Notes: generated from the letters alone by a model not told the origin. Positions 9,703 through 19,161 are shown, counted from the first letter of the stretch. The stretch: 64,000 bases of DNA from Thermodesulfobacteriota bacterium (GCA_049322315.1 JBMORF010000060.1:7557-71556), one strand, 5' to 3'. A program made the numbers and translations.

Positions 9703-10626
9703 CTAAAAGTAGTTCTTGCTGTGAAGAAAGATCGTGTAATCTGATCGCTGGATAAACTCCACCAAAAAATCGTGATAGTCTCTGATCATGGTGCGAAGCG
9801 GGACATCATTTGAATAATCATCGATTTTTAAGCGGAGAAGACCAGTGATAGTGTTTATTCCTATCTTTCGCCCATGAGAATGCCATAATTTGTTATCTGA
9901 AAGCATCTTAGCTATTTCTTCGGCACGTTCTTCCTTTTCCTCTAAAATTACAGGAGATCCAAGTCTCTCAGGATTCGTTTGGTGAGTATCCCAATTGGCG
10001 AATTTATATTGTACTAGCCATTTTTTCAGCAATGTAATGGTGAGGTTTTTGGCCTGCTCATATGAGCTCAATTGAGCTAGGTCAAGCTGTTGAAGCATAA
10101 CCAATTCTGCATCAGTTATGTTCCCTTCTGCTGACTTTTTAATCATTTTCTCGACTTGGTCGAGATATCCCAGCGCCGGAGCATAATCCTTTCCTGTAAA
10201 TACCTGCGGATCAATAGGCCCCAAGGAGGAGGAATAATCCATGAAGATTTTGTTTCCAGACATGCAAAAAATTGTCCCGGCGGACATGGCATAATCAGGG
10301 ACTACAAAATAAACCTCATCATAGTGGAACCTGATAATGTCGACTAACTTCTCAACAGTCTCAGCTACCCCACCAGTGGTCGTGAGAAATATAGTGACTG
10401 TTTGCTTGTCGGTGAATTCAGATTTGAGCTTTTCTAGAAAATCTCGAAATATTTTTTCGATTGGCGGAATTATTGGCCCATAAACGGACACAATGTCCGA
10501 TGAAAACTGATTCTCCAATCTCTTGAGGCGTTCATTGAGGCTGTCCCTTATATGGGTGTCAAAAATTCGTATGGCCATATGAGCATCACCTTCTGAACCT
10601 TCATTTAGACAGTAAATATTTTCCAA
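9703..10626 (-). CDS. SDH-family Clp-fold serine protease (SppA/ClpP-like)
   Basis: LTTTGGVAETVEKLVDIIR and VVPDYAMSAGTIFCMSGNKIFM resemble the Clp/crotonase-fold S49-like (SDH) family. Visibly AT-rich. The start could instead be Met17 (10578). Confidence 0.6.
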   Translation of the reverse strand: MENIYCLNEGSEGDAHMAIRIFDTHIRDSLNERLKRLENQFSSDIVSVYGPIIPPIEKIFRDFLEKLKSEFTDKQTVTIFLTTTGGVAETVEKLVDIIRFHYDEVYFVVPDYAMSAGTIFCMSGNKIFMDYSSSLGPIDPQVFTGKDYAPALGYLDQVEKMIKKSAEGNITDAELVMLQQLDLAQLSSYEQAKNLTITLLKKWLVQYKFANWDTHQTNPERLGSPVILEEKEERAEEIAKMLSDNKLWHSHGRKIGINTITGLLRLKIDDYSNDVPLRTMIRDYHDFLVEFIQRSDYTIFLHSKNYF

Positions 10627-10697
10627 TCCTATGTCAACTCATTTGCACAAAATGACCCAATACCCAACTACCATAGTCGGGGACGATTAAGGTTTCC

Positions 10698-11369
10698 TCA
10701 GCCTAGCCGGGCCGATACCAAAATCCGGGGTTCTTGGCTAAAAGGCAGATGGTAGCGGTGAAGTTCTAGGGTCCTTAATCCCAAAGAAAGGCACCGCTCC
10801 TGGGCTGCCTCCATCTCCTCCGGCTTCAGGTTCGGCCCCTTGAGGGCCAATACCCTGCCTCCGGAGATAAGCAGAGGGGCCGCCAGTTCCAGAAAGCGAA
10901 TCAGGGGAAAAGTAGCCCGGGAAGTCACTGCCGAAACACGCGGACCCCATTGCCGGGCGAGTTTAAGGGTAAGGTGCACCTGGACCACCTTCACTCCTTC
11001 TATTTTTAGCAAGGATACCAGGTATTCCAGGAAAGCCGCCTTCTTGGCCCGGGCTTCCACCAGGGTGAGGGTCATCTCCGGCCGCGCCAGTTTCAGCGCC
11101 AACCCCGGAAATCCCGCCCCGCTCCCCAAATCCGCCAGAGAGGCCGCCTCCCCCAGAAAAGGCAAGACCGCCAGGGAATCCAGAAAATGTTTGCTGATAA
11201 TATCCTGTTCGGTTGTTAGCCCGGTGAGATTGACCCTAGCGTTCCAGCGCTGCAGTTCCTCTAGATATAAGCGGAATTGGTCGAATGCCCGGGGGAGGAG
11301 TTCCAGCCCCAAGTGGGAGACTCCTTCTTGGAATAAATCCAAAGGCTGAGAATGGGAAAGGCGGATCAT
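10698..11369 (-). CDS. rsmG: 16S rRNA (guanine527-N7)-methyltransferase RsmG (GidB)
   Basis: LADLGSGAGFPGLAL SAM motif. Start moved to Met32 of the track ORF (ATG at 11369) to avoid overlap with mnmE. Confidence 0.85.
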   Translation of the reverse strand: MIRLSHSQPLDLFQEGVSHLGLELLPRAFDQFRLYLEELQRWNARVNLTGLTTEQDIISKHFLDSLAVLPFLGEAASLADLGSGAGFPGLALKLARPEMTLTLVEARAKKAAFLEYLVSLLKIEGVKVVQVHLTLKLARQWGPRVSAVTSRATFPLIRFLELAAPLLISGGRVLALKGPNLKPEEMEAAQERCLSLGLRTLELHRYHLPFSQEPRILVSARLG

Positions 11370-11422
11370 TGTAAAGGTAGCTCGGCTAAAAAAAAGTATA
11401 CAATTGAAGAAGTGGCTTGGGG

Positions 11423-11443
11423 TCCTGACCCCTGACCCCTGCA
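11423..11443 (+). repeat. Heptamer array YCCTGAC x3
   Basis: tcctgac ccctgac ccctgca, 3 nt from the mnmE stop (11447-11449, minus strand). Confidence 0.8.
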
Positions 11444-11446
11444 ATC

Positions 11447-12829
11447 CTACTTTCCCAAGCAAAACTCCCCGAAAATGCGGTCCAGGACGTCGTCCCCCAC
11501 TTCCTGGCCGGTGATCTCCCCCAGTTCCCGGATGCCTTCCTGGAGGTCCAGGGCCACCAGTTCCCAGGGGGCCTCGCCTGCCAACAGGAGGTTCCGGGCC
11601 TGGCGCAGGTTATCCCGGCAGCGGCTCAGGTGCCGGTAATGCCGGGCCTGGGTGACGATTTCCCCGCTGGTGTTCAGGCCCCCTTTCAGGGTCAGGTCCA
11701 CGATCCGGGCCTTCAGGTCGTCAATGCCTGCCCCGGTGAGGGCGGAGATTTTGGTAATGGGGAGAGAAGTCGCCCCTTTTAACTCGGCCAGGGCCAGTTC
11801 CTGGGGCAAATCCACCTTATTGATGACCGCCAGGCCGACTCTGTCACCGATTTCCTCCAGATCTTGCCGGGCCTCCGGGGTTAAAGGCTGGCTGCCGTCC
11901 ACCAGGTAAAGCAAGACATCCGCCTGGGCCAGACGCTCCCGGGTGCGCTTGATGCCCAGTTCTTCCAGCCGATCCTGGGCCGGACGCAGCCCCGCGGTAT
12001 CGCTGAACCGCACCCTTACTCCCCCCAACGTGATAACCTCCTCCACCAGGTCCCGGGTGGTGCCGGGAATCTCGGTGACGATGGCCCGCTCCTGGGCCAG
12101 GAGGCGGTTGAGCAGGCTGGATTTGCCCACGTTCGGCGCGCCGGCGATCACCACCAGCAACCCTTCCTTAAGGAGGCGGCCTTCCCGGTAGGAGGCGGTG
12201 AGGGCCTCCAAAGCCTCAAGGGGTGGAACCAAATCCGCGGCCAAGGCTCCGGCCGGTATTTCGGCGGTCTCTTCCGGAAAATCCAGGGCCGCTTCCACCC
12301 GGGCCAGGTGATCCAGGAGGGTTTCCCGAAGCTCTTGCAACTCCCGGCCCAGATGCCCCTGCAGATGCTCTGCGGCCACCCGCACCCCCGCTTCGGTCCG
12401 GGCCTGGATTACTTCCAGGACCGCCTCCGCCTGGGTGAGATCGATGCGCCCGGAGAGAAAGGCCCTTAAGGTAAATTCCCCTGGCCGGGCCAGGCGCGCC
12501 CCGGAGGCCAGGGTCAGCTCCAGGAGGCGCTGCAACACCCCCCAGCCGGAATGGCAGTGAATTTCCACCACGTCTTCCCGGGTGTAAGTACGGGGCCCCC
12601 GCATCAAAGCAAGGAGCACCTCGTCGATGACCTCCTGGGAGGCGGGGTCGACGATCTGGCCTAGATAGAGATGGTGGGAGAGGAGTTGGGGCCGGGGGTG
12701 GCGGGGACGGAAGAGAGACCGGGCGATACCTGCGGCGTCCGGGCCGCTAAGGCGGACGATACCGATGCCCGCCTCACCCAGGGGGGTGGAGATGGCCGCA
12801 ATGGTGTCGGCCGCGTCTTTCGGCGTCAT
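11447..12829 (-). CDS. mnmE: tRNA modification GTPase MnmE (TrmE)
   Basis: G1 motif GAPNVGKSSLLN, DTAG, NKVD, and the C-terminal FCLGK tail. Confidence 0.95.
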   Translation of the reverse strand: MTPKDAADTIAAISTPLGEAGIGIVRLSGPDAAGIARSLFRPRHPRPQLLSHHLYLGQIVDPASQEVIDEVLLALMRGPRTYTREDVVEIHCHSGWGVLQRLLELTLASGARLARPGEFTLRAFLSGRIDLTQAEAVLEVIQARTEAGVRVAAEHLQGHLGRELQELRETLLDHLARVEAALDFPEETAEIPAGALAADLVPPLEALEALTASYREGRLLKEGLLVVIAGAPNVGKSSLLNRLLAQERAIVTEIPGTTRDLVEEVITLGGVRVRFSDTAGLRPAQDRLEELGIKRTRERLAQADVLLYLVDGSQPLTPEARQDLEEIGDRVGLAVINKVDLPQELALAELKGATSLPITKISALTGAGIDDLKARIVDLTLKGGLNTSGEIVTQARHYRHLSRCRDNLRQARNLLLAGEAPWELVALDLQEGIRELGEITGQEVGDDVLDRIFGEFCLGK

Positions 12830-13494
12830 GAACGGTTAGAAGTGTCCTCCTGGCTCTCTCTCTTTTTGGCCGGATAGATGATCACCTTTTTATACAGGCC
12901 CTCCCCCCGGCTCATGGTCTTCAACTCTTTGTCGGTCTGGAGGGTCAGGTGCACTATGCGGCGGTCGTGGGGATTCATGGGATTGAGGGTAATGGACTTG
13001 CCGCTGCGCTTGACCTTATCCCCGTGCTTCAGGGCCAATTGCACCAAAGCCTCGTTATGGCGAGCCCGGTAAGATTCCACGTCGATGGTGATCCGGACTT
13101 TGCGGCGGCTTTTTTTGGCCATGATTTTGGTAATCAGGTATTGGATGGCTTCCAGGGTCTGCCCCTGTTTGCCGATGAGCAACCCGGCATCCTCGGTCTC
13201 GATATTTAAAATGATCCGGTCATCTTCCTGGGTGCCCGTAACCTTGCCGGGCTCATCCATTTTTTCCAGAAGCTGTTCCAGGATCTCCTGGGCCTGGGGC
13301 AACAGGGGCATCGCCGCCTCTTCCCGGAGCACGGCCCGGATTTTGGCCTTGCGGCCTCCCAATCCAAAGAGTCCCGAAGACCCCACGGACAAGATTTCTA
13401 TCTCTAACTGCTCCGGAGAAACCTGGAAATGGGAGCAGGCGCTTTCTATGGCCTCTTCGGTGCTCTTGCCTTCAAATTCCACAAAGTCCATCAA
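12826..13494 (-). CDS. jag: Jag/KhpB RNA-binding protein (KH + R3H)
   Basis: R3H region NPMNPHDRRIVHLTLQ. Conserved position between yidC and mnmE, with a 4-nt overlap with mnmE. Confidence 0.85.
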   Translation of the reverse strand: MMDFVEFEGKSTEEAIESACSHFQVSPEQLEIEILSVGSSGLFGLGGRKAKIRAVLREEAAMPLLPQAQEILEQLLEKMDEPGKVTGTQEDDRIILNIETEDAGLLIGKQGQTLEAIQYLITKIMAKKSRRKVRITIDVESYRARHNEALVQLALKHGDKVKRSGKSITLNPMNPHDRRIVHLTLQTDKELKTMSRGEGLYKKVIIYPAKKRESQEDTSNRS

Positions 13495-13511
13495 TCTTCC
13501 CCCAGGATAGA

Positions 13512-15203
13512 TCAGGTGAGGTATTTGTTGGTGTAGTATTGTTGGACGATGGATAGAACGTTATTGACCAGCCAGTAGATCACCAACCCGGAAGCGAAAT
13601 TCAAAAACATGAAGGTGAAAATTAGGGGCAGAAACATCATCATTTTGGCCTGGGTGGGGTCACCCGGTGAAGGGGTCATCTTTTGCTGGATGAACATGGT
13701 AGCCCCCATGACGATGGGGGTGATGAGCAGGGGGTCCTTGGTGGACAGGTCCGCCAGCCAGACAATATCGGTAAACGGCAGAGTGGGAATAAAAGGCGAG
13801 TGGCGCAGCTCGATGGCGTAGCCCAGGACATTGTAAAGGGCGAGGAAAAAAGGGAGCTGGATGAGCATGGGCAGGCACCCGGCCAGAGGATTGACCTTGA
13901 AGGTGCGATACAGCGCCATCAGCTCCTTGTTCATGGTCTCCTTGTCGTCTTTGTATTTCTCCCGGAGCTTGGCCACTTTGGGCTGCAACTTCTGCATGTC
14001 CTTCATGGACTTGTAGCTCTTATGGTTGGGGTAGAAAAAGAGCACCCGGATGATAACGGTGAGAATGATGATGGCCCAGCCATAATTATGCACGTAATTA
14101 TCAAAGAACTTAAGGATATACAGCAAAGGCACGGCCAGAAAGTGGAACCAGCCGAAATCCACGGCCTTATCCAGACCCAGGTTCAGAGGCTTGAGGTCGC
14201 TGAGATCTTTAGGTCCAAAATAAAGGGTGTAAGTCAGCGAGGTATCCTGTCCCGGGGCCAGGTTCTCCTGAGTTCTTAAGACCAGATCCATGAGCCCGGG
14301 TTGAGCCTCCTTGACGGTGAGAACGGCTTTGGGCGCGGCCAGGGGCACCATGGCGGTCATGAAATACCCCTCATCCAAGCCGGCCCAGTCCACCTTGCCC
14401 GCAAAGGTCTTAGGTTTCTTCAGGTTGCCGGTTTGGATTTGCTCGATCTTATTATTTACCGAAGCATGGAACCCTAAAAAGTTAAAGTGGCTGGCCTCCT
14501 CGCCGACATAATTGGCTACCAGATCCAGGTCCAGTTGCCCTTCTTGGGCTTGTTTGGTGCGGTTTTCCACCTTCACTGCCAGATCAAAGGCATAGCTGTC
14601 GCTCTTAAAGGTGAAATTCTTAAGGAACACCAGACCTTCGGGACTGACCCCGGTGAATTTCAGGGAGGCCGTCTGTCCCGGTTGGAGAGTCAGCGCCGGC
14701 CGGGAGGCTTGATAGAGGATGCTTCCAGGCACCTTGAGTTTCGGTCCGTCCCACTTGACTTCCAGGGGCAGACCCTCTCCCTGCTTGACCCGCACCAGTT
14801 CCTTGGGCTGGACCCCCATCTTCCCCGGGTCCTGATACCGCTCCACTTCGAAATGCACCGGTCCCAAGTTGAACTGATTGAGGACAGTGAAGGGCATCGA
14901 TTCCCGGTATTTTTTCAATTGAAAACTCTTCAGGGCTCCCCCCAGTTCCGAAAACACAGCTTTATATAAGGGGGTATCCACGGTGATGTCCCGGCTCGGA
15001 TGGCTTGGCCGCGACGGCGGAGGCGCAGGCCGGGCCGCTTTGGGAGGAGGCGGGGCAGCAGGGGGGGGAGTCGCAGGTTTGACTTCGGCCTGGGGCGCCG
15101 GCGCCCCGGTGGGTGCCGGCTTTTGCATCTTTTGCCCAAAATAAAGGAAAAGGACGAAAATTGCGAAGCTTAAAGCCAGGGCAATCAGAGCCCGGTTTTC
15201 CAT
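13512..15203 (-). CDS. yidC: Membrane protein insertase YidC
   Basis: PLAGCLPMLIQLPFFLALY and a 60-kDa inner-membrane-protein C-terminal core. Start set at MENRALIAL (ATG at 15203). Confidence 0.9.
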   Translation of the reverse strand: MENRALIALALSFAIFVLFLYFGQKMQKPAPTGAPAPQAEVKPATPPPAAPPPPKAARPAPPPSRPSHPSRDITVDTPLYKAVFSELGGALKSFQLKKYRESMPFTVLNQFNLGPVHFEVERYQDPGKMGVQPKELVRVKQGEGLPLEVKWDGPKLKVPGSILYQASRPALTLQPGQTASLKFTGVSPEGLVFLKNFTFKSDSYAFDLAVKVENRTKQAQEGQLDLDLVANYVGEEASHFNFLGFHASVNNKIEQIQTGNLKKPKTFAGKVDWAGLDEGYFMTAMVPLAAPKAVLTVKEAQPGLMDLVLRTQENLAPGQDTSLTYTLYFGPKDLSDLKPLNLGLDKAVDFGWFHFLAVPLLYILKFFDNYVHNYGWAIIILTVIIRVLFFYPNHKSYKSMKDMQKLQPKVAKLREKYKDDKETMNKELMALYRTFKVNPLAGCLPMLIQLPFFLALYNVLGYAIELRHSPFIPTLPFTDIVWLADLSTKDPLLITPIVMGATMFIQQKMTPSPGDPTQAKMMMFLPLIFTFMFLNFASGLVIYWLVNNVLSIVQQYYTNKYLT

Positions 15204-15213
15204 GTGAAACTCC

Positions 15214-15423
15214 TCAGGGCACAGGGTCCCAACCACCGGGGTGGAAGGGGTGACAGCGAGCCAGACGCCGGATACTCAGCCACAAACCTTGCCGGAAGCC
15301 GTACCGCTGAAAAGCCTCCGCGGCATATTGGGAACAAGTGGGAGCAAACCGGCAACAAGTCGGGATTAAAGGGGAAAGCAATAGTTGATAGGCCCTAATC
15401 AACCAGAGGGCGACTCTAGTCAA
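15214..15423 (-). CDS. yidD: Membrane protein insertion efficiency factor YidD
   Basis: 69 aa with CRFAPTCSQYA and CHPFHPGGWDPVP. Confidence 0.9.
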   Translation of the reverse strand: MTRVALWLIRAYQLLLSPLIPTCCRFAPTCSQYAAEAFQRYGFRQGLWLSIRRLARCHPFHPGGWDPVP

Positions 15424-15428
15424 ATCTG

Positions 15429-15737
15429 TTAACCTTTCACCCGGGTGAGCAACACCCGGGATAGTTCCTCTTGCACCTGCTGATAAGTTAAGGCCGTGGC
15501 GCCTTTTTTTGCCATAATGATCAGGTCTTCAGGAGGGAGCCGGTCCTTATGGCGCCGGAAAAATTCCCGGAGCAGGCGTTTGACCCGGTTGCGCCGCACC
15601 GCTTTCCCTAACCGTTTGGTCACTACCAGTCCCAGGCGGGGGCGTCCCCCCGGGCCCGGGGCCAAAGTGATGCCGAAATGCCGGGTATAAAGCCGCCGCC
15701 CCTGGGCCAGGGCCCGGAGAAATTCGCTCCGGCGCAA
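15429..15737 (-). CDS. rnpA: Ribonuclease P protein component
   Basis: Basic protein with KAVRRNRVKRLLRE. The TTG start is uncertain because the reading frame stays open upstream. Confidence 0.8.
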   Translation of the reverse strand: MRRSEFLRALAQGRRLYTRHFGITLAPGPGGRPRLGLVVTKRLGKAVRRNRVKRLLREFFRRHKDRLPPEDLIIMAKKGATALTYQQVQEELSRVLLTRVKG

Positions 15738-15846
15738 AAGGCGATCCGCCTTGGTGAAACGGGCGGTCCCTGGGGAATCGGGGGACGGAAAAGAAACGGA
15801 GCCCCGGCTATGCTCTGGAGGACGGCTCAGGAGAGCTTCCCGGCCC

Positions 15847-15981
15847 TTAAACGGTCAGGCGCTTGCGGCCTCTGGCCCGGCGGCGTTTTAATACCCGCCG
15901 CCCCCCCCGGGTGCTCATGCGGCTCAAAAAGCCGTGGGTGCGCGCCCGGCGCAGATTGCTGGGTTGAAATGTACGTTTCAT
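15847..15981 (-). CDS. rpmH: 50S ribosomal protein L34
   Basis: Hand translation of the minus strand gives [44 protein letters not shown] then stop. Too short (44 aa) for the ORF track. Confidence 0.95.
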   Translation of the reverse strand: MKRTFQPSNLRRARTHGFLSRMSTRGGRRVLKRRRARGRKRLTV

Positions 15982-16059
15982 GCGCGATTATCCTTGAAAC
16001 CCAGATTTTTCCAAACTTTTTATAAAACATTTATCCCCCTGTTTGTCAAGGGTAAGAAA

Positions 16060-16087
16060 GTTCCATGTTCCAAGTTCCAAGTCAAAA
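16060..16087 (+). repeat. Heptamer array GTTCCAW x4
   Basis: gttccat gttccaa gttccaa gtcaaaa. A partially complementary arm AACTTGG..AACTTAA AACTTAT lies at 16174-16201. Confidence 0.8.
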
Positions 16088-16223
16088 GAAAATGATAGGC
16101 AACCTTGGCGGAAAAAAATTTGGAAATGCCATGGCTCACCCATTAAATATGCACAGTTCAAAGACCTTCCTTTAACTTGGTGCCAGGAACTTAAAACTTA
16201 TAAGAGCATTAAGCCTCTTTCCA

Positions 16224-16253
16224 TTGACAAGCTCAACAAAAATCTGATATGAC
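16224..16253 (+). promoter_or_regulatory. Putative sigma70 promoter of the TetR gene (TTGACA-N18-TATGAC)
   Basis: The -35 TTGACA is at 16224-16229 and a -10-like TATGAC at 16248-16253. This would give a near-leaderless transcript for the ATG at 16263. Confidence 0.35.
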
Positions 16254-16264
16254 CAAGTGGTCAT
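16249..16264. promoter_or_regulatory. Palindromic operator ATGACCAAGTGGTCAT (candidate TetR site)
   Basis: Perfect 7-bp arms overlapping the -10 element and start codon of the TetR gene. A near-identical palindrome lies at 16976-16991. Confidence 0.5.
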
Positions 16265-16913
16265 GTCTCAGGAACCGGCCCTCTCTACTTTCTCCCATCT
16301 GCCGGCGGACAAGCAGGAAAGGGTCTTGGACGCGGCCCTCACCGAGTTCGCCGACCAGGGCTATCACCAGGCCTCTTTAAACCGCCTGGTGGCCCGGGCC
16401 GGGATTGCCAAGGGTTCTCTCTATCAGTATTTTCCCAATAAAGAAGGCATCTTCCGCTACCTCTTCCAGATCGCCCTGAAGTCGGTGCGCCAGACCCTGG
16501 TGGAGGTTAAGGAAACCACCCGAGATGAGAATTTTTTCCTCCGCCTGGAGAAATCCCTCCAGGCCGGGGTGCGCTTCCTGAAGAAACACCCCCGGATTTT
16601 CAGCCTCTATCTGAAGATTCAATTTGACCGGCAGATGCCCTTCCGGGATGAATTTCTGGCCGCGGTGCGCCGCCATGCCGGGGAATACTTCGGCTCCCTG
16701 CTCCGGCGGGCTAAGGATCGGGGGGAACTAAGGCCGGGAATCTCCGCCTCTGCGGCCCTGTTTCTCTTGGACGCGGTCTTTGACCGATTCCTTCAGGCCG
16801 TGGCTGTGCCCTACCTGGACGTCACCCTCAACCTGCACCAGGCCCCGGAAGAGACCATTAACCGGCGCATCCGGGAACTCATTAATCTTCTCCAGGAGGG
16901 CCTGGCCGCCTAG
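16263..16913 (+). CDS. TetR/AcrR family transcriptional regulator
   Basis: N-terminal HTH ASLNRLVARAGIAKGSLYQYFPNKE. Confidence 0.85.
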   Translation: MSQEPALSTFSHLPADKQERVLDAALTEFADQGYHQASLNRLVARAGIAKGSLYQYFPNKEGIFRYLFQIALKSVRQTLVEVKETTRDENFFLRLEKSLQAGVRFLKKHPRIFSLYLKIQFDRQMPFRDEFLAAVRRHAGEYFGSLLRRAKDRGELRPGISASAALFLLDAVFDRFLQAVAVPYLDVTLNLHQAPEETINRRIRELINLLQEGLAA

Positions 16914-16975
16914 CGTAGCACCGGCCTTCCAGCCTGTGCAAACTAGAGACAACCAAAATTTTTTTTGCATCTAAC

Positions 16976-16991
16976 ATGACCAGTCGGTCAT
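16976..16991. promoter_or_regulatory. Palindromic operator ATGACCAGTCGGTCAT upstream of mqnE
   Basis: 6-bp arms identical to the tetR-proximal palindrome. Lies 15 nt upstream of the preferred mqnE start (17006, RBS GAGGTGG). Confidence 0.5.
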
Positions 16992-17005
16992 ATCAGAGGT
17001 GGAAA

Positions 17006-18109
17006 ATGGCATCGCTCCAATTTAGAGACCCTGCCCTTACTCCTATTTATCAGAAGGTAACGGAGAGTCAAAGGCTCTCCGCGGCTGACGGCCTTACCCT
17101 TTTTCACAGCCCCGACCTCCTGGGGGTGGGCTATCTGGCGAATATCGTCCGGGAGCGCCTCCACGCCCGCCGGGCCTTTTACATTTACAATCAGCATCTC
17201 AATTATTCCAATGTTTGCGTCAATGGCTGCAAGTTCTGCGCTTTCGGAAGAGAGGCCGGACAGGAAGGCGCCTATGAAATGACCCTCCAGGAGATCTGCG
17301 CCAAGGTGGAGGCCCGTCTCCATGAGCCCATCACCGAGATTCATATCGTCGGCGGCTGTCATCCCACGCTCCCCTTTTCTTTTTATGTGGAGATGCTGCA
17401 GAACATCAAAGCCCTGCGGCCGGAGGTGCATCTCCAGGCCTTCACCGCGGTGGAGGTGGCCCACTTGGCGGCGTTGAACGGCGCTTCGGTGGCCGACACC
17501 CTGCAAACCTTGAGGGACGCGGGTTTGGGGTCTCTGCCCGGGGGCGGCGCTGAAGTCTTCAGCACCCGGGTGCGCCAGGCCCTCTGCCCCCAGAAGCTAT
17601 CCCCGGAAGGGTGGCTGGAAACCGCCCAGATTGCGCACCGCTTGGGCCTGAACACCAACGCCACCATGCTCTATGGCCACATGGAAACCCTGGAAGAGCG
17701 GGTGGACCACATGCTTAAGCTTAGGAAAGCCCAGGACGAAACCGGGGGTTTTTTGTCGTTTATTCCCCTCGCCTTTCATCCCCAGAACACGGCGCTGGAC
17801 CACCTCCAGGGCCCCAGCGCCTTTGATGACTTGAAGACCCTGGCGGTCTCCCGGCTGCTTCTCGATAATTTTCCCCATATCAAGGCCTTCTGGATCATGT
17901 TGGGGCCGAAAATGGCCCAGTTGTCGCTCTGTTTCGGAGTGGACGACGTGGACGGCACGGTGATGGAAGAGCGCATCACCCATATGGCCGGGGCCCAGAC
18001 CCCCCAGAGCCTGACCCGGTCCCAACTGGAAGCCTTGATCCGGGAAGCGGGCTGCGTGCCCGTGGAACGGGACACCCTTTACCGGCAGGTGACGGAGGCC
18101 GCGGCCTGA
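17006..18109 (+). CDS. mqnE: Aminofutalosine synthase MqnE (radical SAM)
   Basis: NYSNVCVNGCKFCAF radical-SAM cluster motif in a CofH/MqnE-like layout. Start moved to the second ATG. Confidence 0.75.
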   Translation: MASLQFRDPALTPIYQKVTESQRLSAADGLTLFHSPDLLGVGYLANIVRERLHARRAFYIYNQHLNYSNVCVNGCKFCAFGREAGQEGAYEMTLQEICAKVEARLHEPITEIHIVGGCHPTLPFSFYVEMLQNIKALRPEVHLQAFTAVEVAHLAALNGASVADTLQTLRDAGLGSLPGGGAEVFSTRVRQALCPQKLSPEGWLETAQIAHRLGLNTNATMLYGHMETLEERVDHMLKLRKAQDETGGFLSFIPLAFHPQNTALDHLQGPSAFDDLKTLAVSRLLLDNFPHIKAFWIMLGPKMAQLSLCFGVDDVDGTVMEERITHMAGAQTPQSLTRSQLEALIREAGCVPVERDTLYRQVTEAAA

Positions 18110-19161
18110 TGTCGGCAACCGCCTCCCTGGAAGCCCGGCTGGCCGCGGGCGCTCGTTTAGATAAAGAAGAAGCCCAGGGCCTTTGGGAACTGGACCTCCT
18201 CACCCTGGGGCAGGAGGCCGACCAGGCGCGGTGGCGCCTTAATCCCACGGACCTGGTCAGCTACGTGGTGGATCGCAATATCAATTACACCAATATCTGC
18301 ACCTCCGGCTGCCGCTTTTGCGCCTACTTCCGGGAACCCGGCTCCCCGGAGGGTTTTGTTTTGGATCCCGCGGCTTTAAGCCAGAAGCTGGAAGAACTTA
18401 AAGACCACGGCGGCACCGGCGTCCTCCTCCAGGGGGGCCTCAACCCGGACCTGCCCTTCGCCTATTATGAAGACCTGGTCCGGCAGATCAAGTGCTACGA
18501 CCTGGGGGTCCACGGCTTTTCCCCCCCGGAGATCGCCTTCATGTCCCGGCGCTTCGGCCTGTCCTTAAAGGAAGTGCTGGGCCGTCTCATAGAGGCCGGG
18601 CTCACCTCCATCCCCGGAGGCGGCGCCGAGGTCCTGGCGGACCGGGTGCGCCGCCAAATTTCCCCCCGGAAGGGCAGCAGCGGCGAGTGGCTGGAGGTCA
18701 TGGCCGCGGCTCATGAACTGGGGCTGAAGACCAGCGCCACCATGATGTTCGGCCATCTGGAGAGCAGGGCCGAGCGTCTGGAGCATCTTTTTAAAATCCG
18801 GGACCTCCAGGACCGCACCGGGGGGTTCCTCTCTTTCATCCCCTGGACCTTTCAGCCCGGCGCGACAGCCCTGGGAGGGGAGTCCCTGGGCGCGGTGGAG
18901 TATCTCCGCACCCTGGCCGTCTCCCGCCTGGTCCTGGACAACGTGCCCCATCTCCAGGTCTCCTGGGTCACCCAGGGCCCCAAGATCGCCCAGGTAGCCC
19001 TGAAATTCGGGGCCGACGACTTCGGCTCCACCATGCTGGAGGAAAACGTGGTGGCCGCCACCGGCGTGGGCTTCCGCCTGAGCCGGGCTGAAATCGACAC
19101 CCTCGTCCGCCAGGCAGGGTACGAACCCCGGGTCCGGGACCACCGGTATAATTTGCTGTAG
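18109..19161 (+). CDS. mqnC: Cyclic dehypoxanthinyl futalosine synthase MqnC (radical SAM)
   Basis: VVDRNINYTNICTSGCRFCAY. Paralog of the preceding gene, with a TGATG overlap. Confidence 0.75.
   Translation: MSATASLEARLAAGARLDKEEAQGLWELDLLTLGQEADQARWRLNPTDLVSYVVDRNINYTNICTSGCRFCAYFREPGSPEGFVLDPAALSQKLEELKDHGGTGVLLQGGLNPDLPFAYYEDLVRQIKCYDLGVHGFSPPEIAFMSRRFGLSLKEVLGRLIEAGLTSIPGGGAEVLADRVRRQISPRKGSSGEWLEVMAAAHELGLKTSATMMFGHLESRAERLEHLFKIRDLQDRTGGFLSFIPWTFQPGATALGGESLGAVEYLRTLAVSRLVLDNVPHLQVSWVTQGPKIAQVALKFGADDFGSTMLEENVVAATGVGFRLSRAEIDTLVRQAGYEPRVRDHRYNLL

Noticed and set aside
16043-16252. 69-aa ORF in the rpmH-tetR spacer
   Set aside because: It spans heptamer repeats and predicted promoter/operator sequence, is Lys-rich with low complexity, has no RBS, and is most likely non-coding.
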